DNA from: an uncultured Chloroflexia bacterium
Lineage (GTDB): Bacteria; Chloroflexota; Limnocylindria; Limnocylindrales; CSP1-4
Reading direction: 5' to 3'
Length of the DNA: 64,000 nt
NCBI GenBank assembly: GCA_963833225.1
Contig: CAWHXD010000017.1
Coordinates: 64,001 to 128,000 of the forward strand
The notes below the pieces were generated by a model, which searched no databases, had not been told where the DNA came from, and was given only the letters and a program-made list of their open reading frames with translations. This document shows positions 62,691 through 64,000 of the stretch, one piece after another. Positions within the stretch are counted from its first letter, which is position 1, and each line of letters opens with the position of its first letter. A program made the translations under genes and the position numbers.

Positions 62691-63972
62691 GCAGGTCCTC
62701 CTTCGATGCGGCTGAGGTTCAGCCGGCGCACCCAGCGGTCCGGGTGGTCGATCTCGTCGGGCGTCGGCAGCGTCTCCGGTCCATCCCACAGCCGCCGCAG
62801 CGCCACGGCGCCCGCGAGCCGCTCGATCTCGGCCACGAACACCTCACCCTTACGGTACTGCTCCATCTTGAGGTCCATGCCGGTGATCCGCAGCATTGCC
62901 CGCTCAACGGGCGTCCGCTGCTGTCGCCGACCGTGGAAGCGGGCCGAGATACGCTCCACGCCCGGGACCAGGTCGCGGCCGACCTTGTCCATCACGTGAT
63001 CCCCGAACCCCTCGAGCAGCGCCATCACCGCCTGCGTCTCGCGGAACAGGCGACGCTGCTCGTCGGTCATGAGCCGCTCCAGCCAGTGCCGGTCATCGTT
63101 GCGGCCATCTCCCCGGAGCGCATCGCCCAGCGTCCGGACCGCCTCGCGGCCGAGCGACGCGGCGTCGTCCGAGAACAGGCTGAGCTGGCGCTCGAGGCGC
63201 CCAGCGAGGTACGGCCGCAGCCAGGGGTGGGCCTCGAACTCGAACGCATGGGTGGTCTCGTGCAGCGCGATCCAGGTCCGGAACGGCCCCACCGGCACGT
63301 CGAGCGCCCGAGCCGTGTTGCGGATGTTCTCCTCGACGAACAGCAGCCGGCCCGGCTCCGTCTCCGCGGCGAGCAGCGCCAGGTCGTACTGGCCGAGCAC
63401 CCGCTGGCCCATGAACCCGAGAAGCAGGCCCATCTGGCGGGTGGTCACCCAGCGGTTCGCGAGCGCCATGGACGCCTTGGCGAACCCGCCGCCCTCGGGC
63501 AGCACCTGGTCGAGCAGCGGTCCCTCGATCTTGCCGATCAGCCCGGCGAACGCCGCCGTGTTGGCACGCACCCAGGCGGCCCGATCCACGACCTCGACCC
63601 GGTCCACGACGCCCGGCAGGTCCGTGCCAAGGTGCTCGGCAAGCGCCGGCACGACGCGGGCCATTGCCGCGTGGTAGTCGGGCTCGGTCAAGCGGAGCTC
63701 GGCGTCCGTCAGCGCCCCCGGCGCACGGCGCAGGCGGGCGATGGCGATGTCCTCCACGCGGCGCCAGTCCACCAGCCCCGCCGCCCGGGCGGAACGTTCC
63801 ACGTGACGGCCGGCCACCGTGATCGCCGCCCCCAGGACGGAGCCGACCACGAAGCCCACCTGCCACAGCCGCTCGCCGGAGGTCCGCGGGGTGGATCGCC
63901 CGGGGGATCCATGTCGCCCGCTCGACCCGCCTCGCCCGGCGTTCGCCCGGCGGACCCGTTCCGCCCGGCCAT
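62687..63972 (-). CDS. Zincin-like metalloprotease (Zincin_2 / DUF2342-like); the start probably needs a frameshift near 63870-63960
   Basis: VDR..W..AN, VLGQYD, WIALHETTH (HExxH), MALLEG.GD.VM, K..QY..G..F and LPT..EI..P..W. ATG 63972 overlaps an upstream TGA (TGATG). Confidence 0.85.
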
Positions 63973-64000
63973 CAGGCGCCCGCCGCCAGCTCCACGGACT
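63972..64000 (-). CDS. 3' end of an upstream gene (..SVELAAGA-stop), unidentified
   Basis: Frame ending in TGA at 63974-63972, overlapping the next ATG. Confidence 0.4.

Noticed and set aside
15433-63972. Mass pseudogenisation or programmed ribosomal frameshifting
   Set aside because: The shifts hit conserved genes (ftsH, xerC) with otherwise intact motifs, with no in-frame stops and no slippery heptamers. The wobble-position pattern points to a consensus artefact.

Overview
A very GC-rich bacterial chromosomal segment, almost all on the minus strand, made up of housekeeping and envelope genes. It includes alaS, mnmA-iscS, typA, aspS, hisS, rel, a murJ-femX-femX-murE block, comM-dprA-topA-xerC, trpB2, ppa, ftsH, a tRNA-Met, two NfeD/SPFH pairs, mrfA-mrfB and ychF. 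Gene content suggests Chloroflexota, possibly Limnocylindria/Ellin6529; this is inference only. I see no prophage, IS, CRISPR array or recognisable defence island, and I cannot claim an unequivocal new system. The best candidates for undescribed biology are: (i) a stand-alone DnaB/SF4-type ATPase with no N-terminal domain and a changed H3 motif; (ii) a small Zn-ribbon protein with tandem ERR/DRR (RxxxR) repeats; (iii) an Sm/Hfq-like small protein with an acidic tail, and an Ig-CAP surface protein, inserted between dprA and topA; (iv) a flotillin with an extra C-terminal HhH-like domain; (v) an EDPR-type MurE with two FemABX ligases, predicting a non-mDAP bridged peptidoglycan. Two patterns run through the whole window. 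About ten genes look leaderless (TANNNT 6-8 nt before the start codon). About a dozen genes carry single-base frameshifts, mostly at third codon positions, which read like both alleles of a synonymous SNP written in tandem; this points to a strain-mixture assembly artefact rather than pseudogenes.
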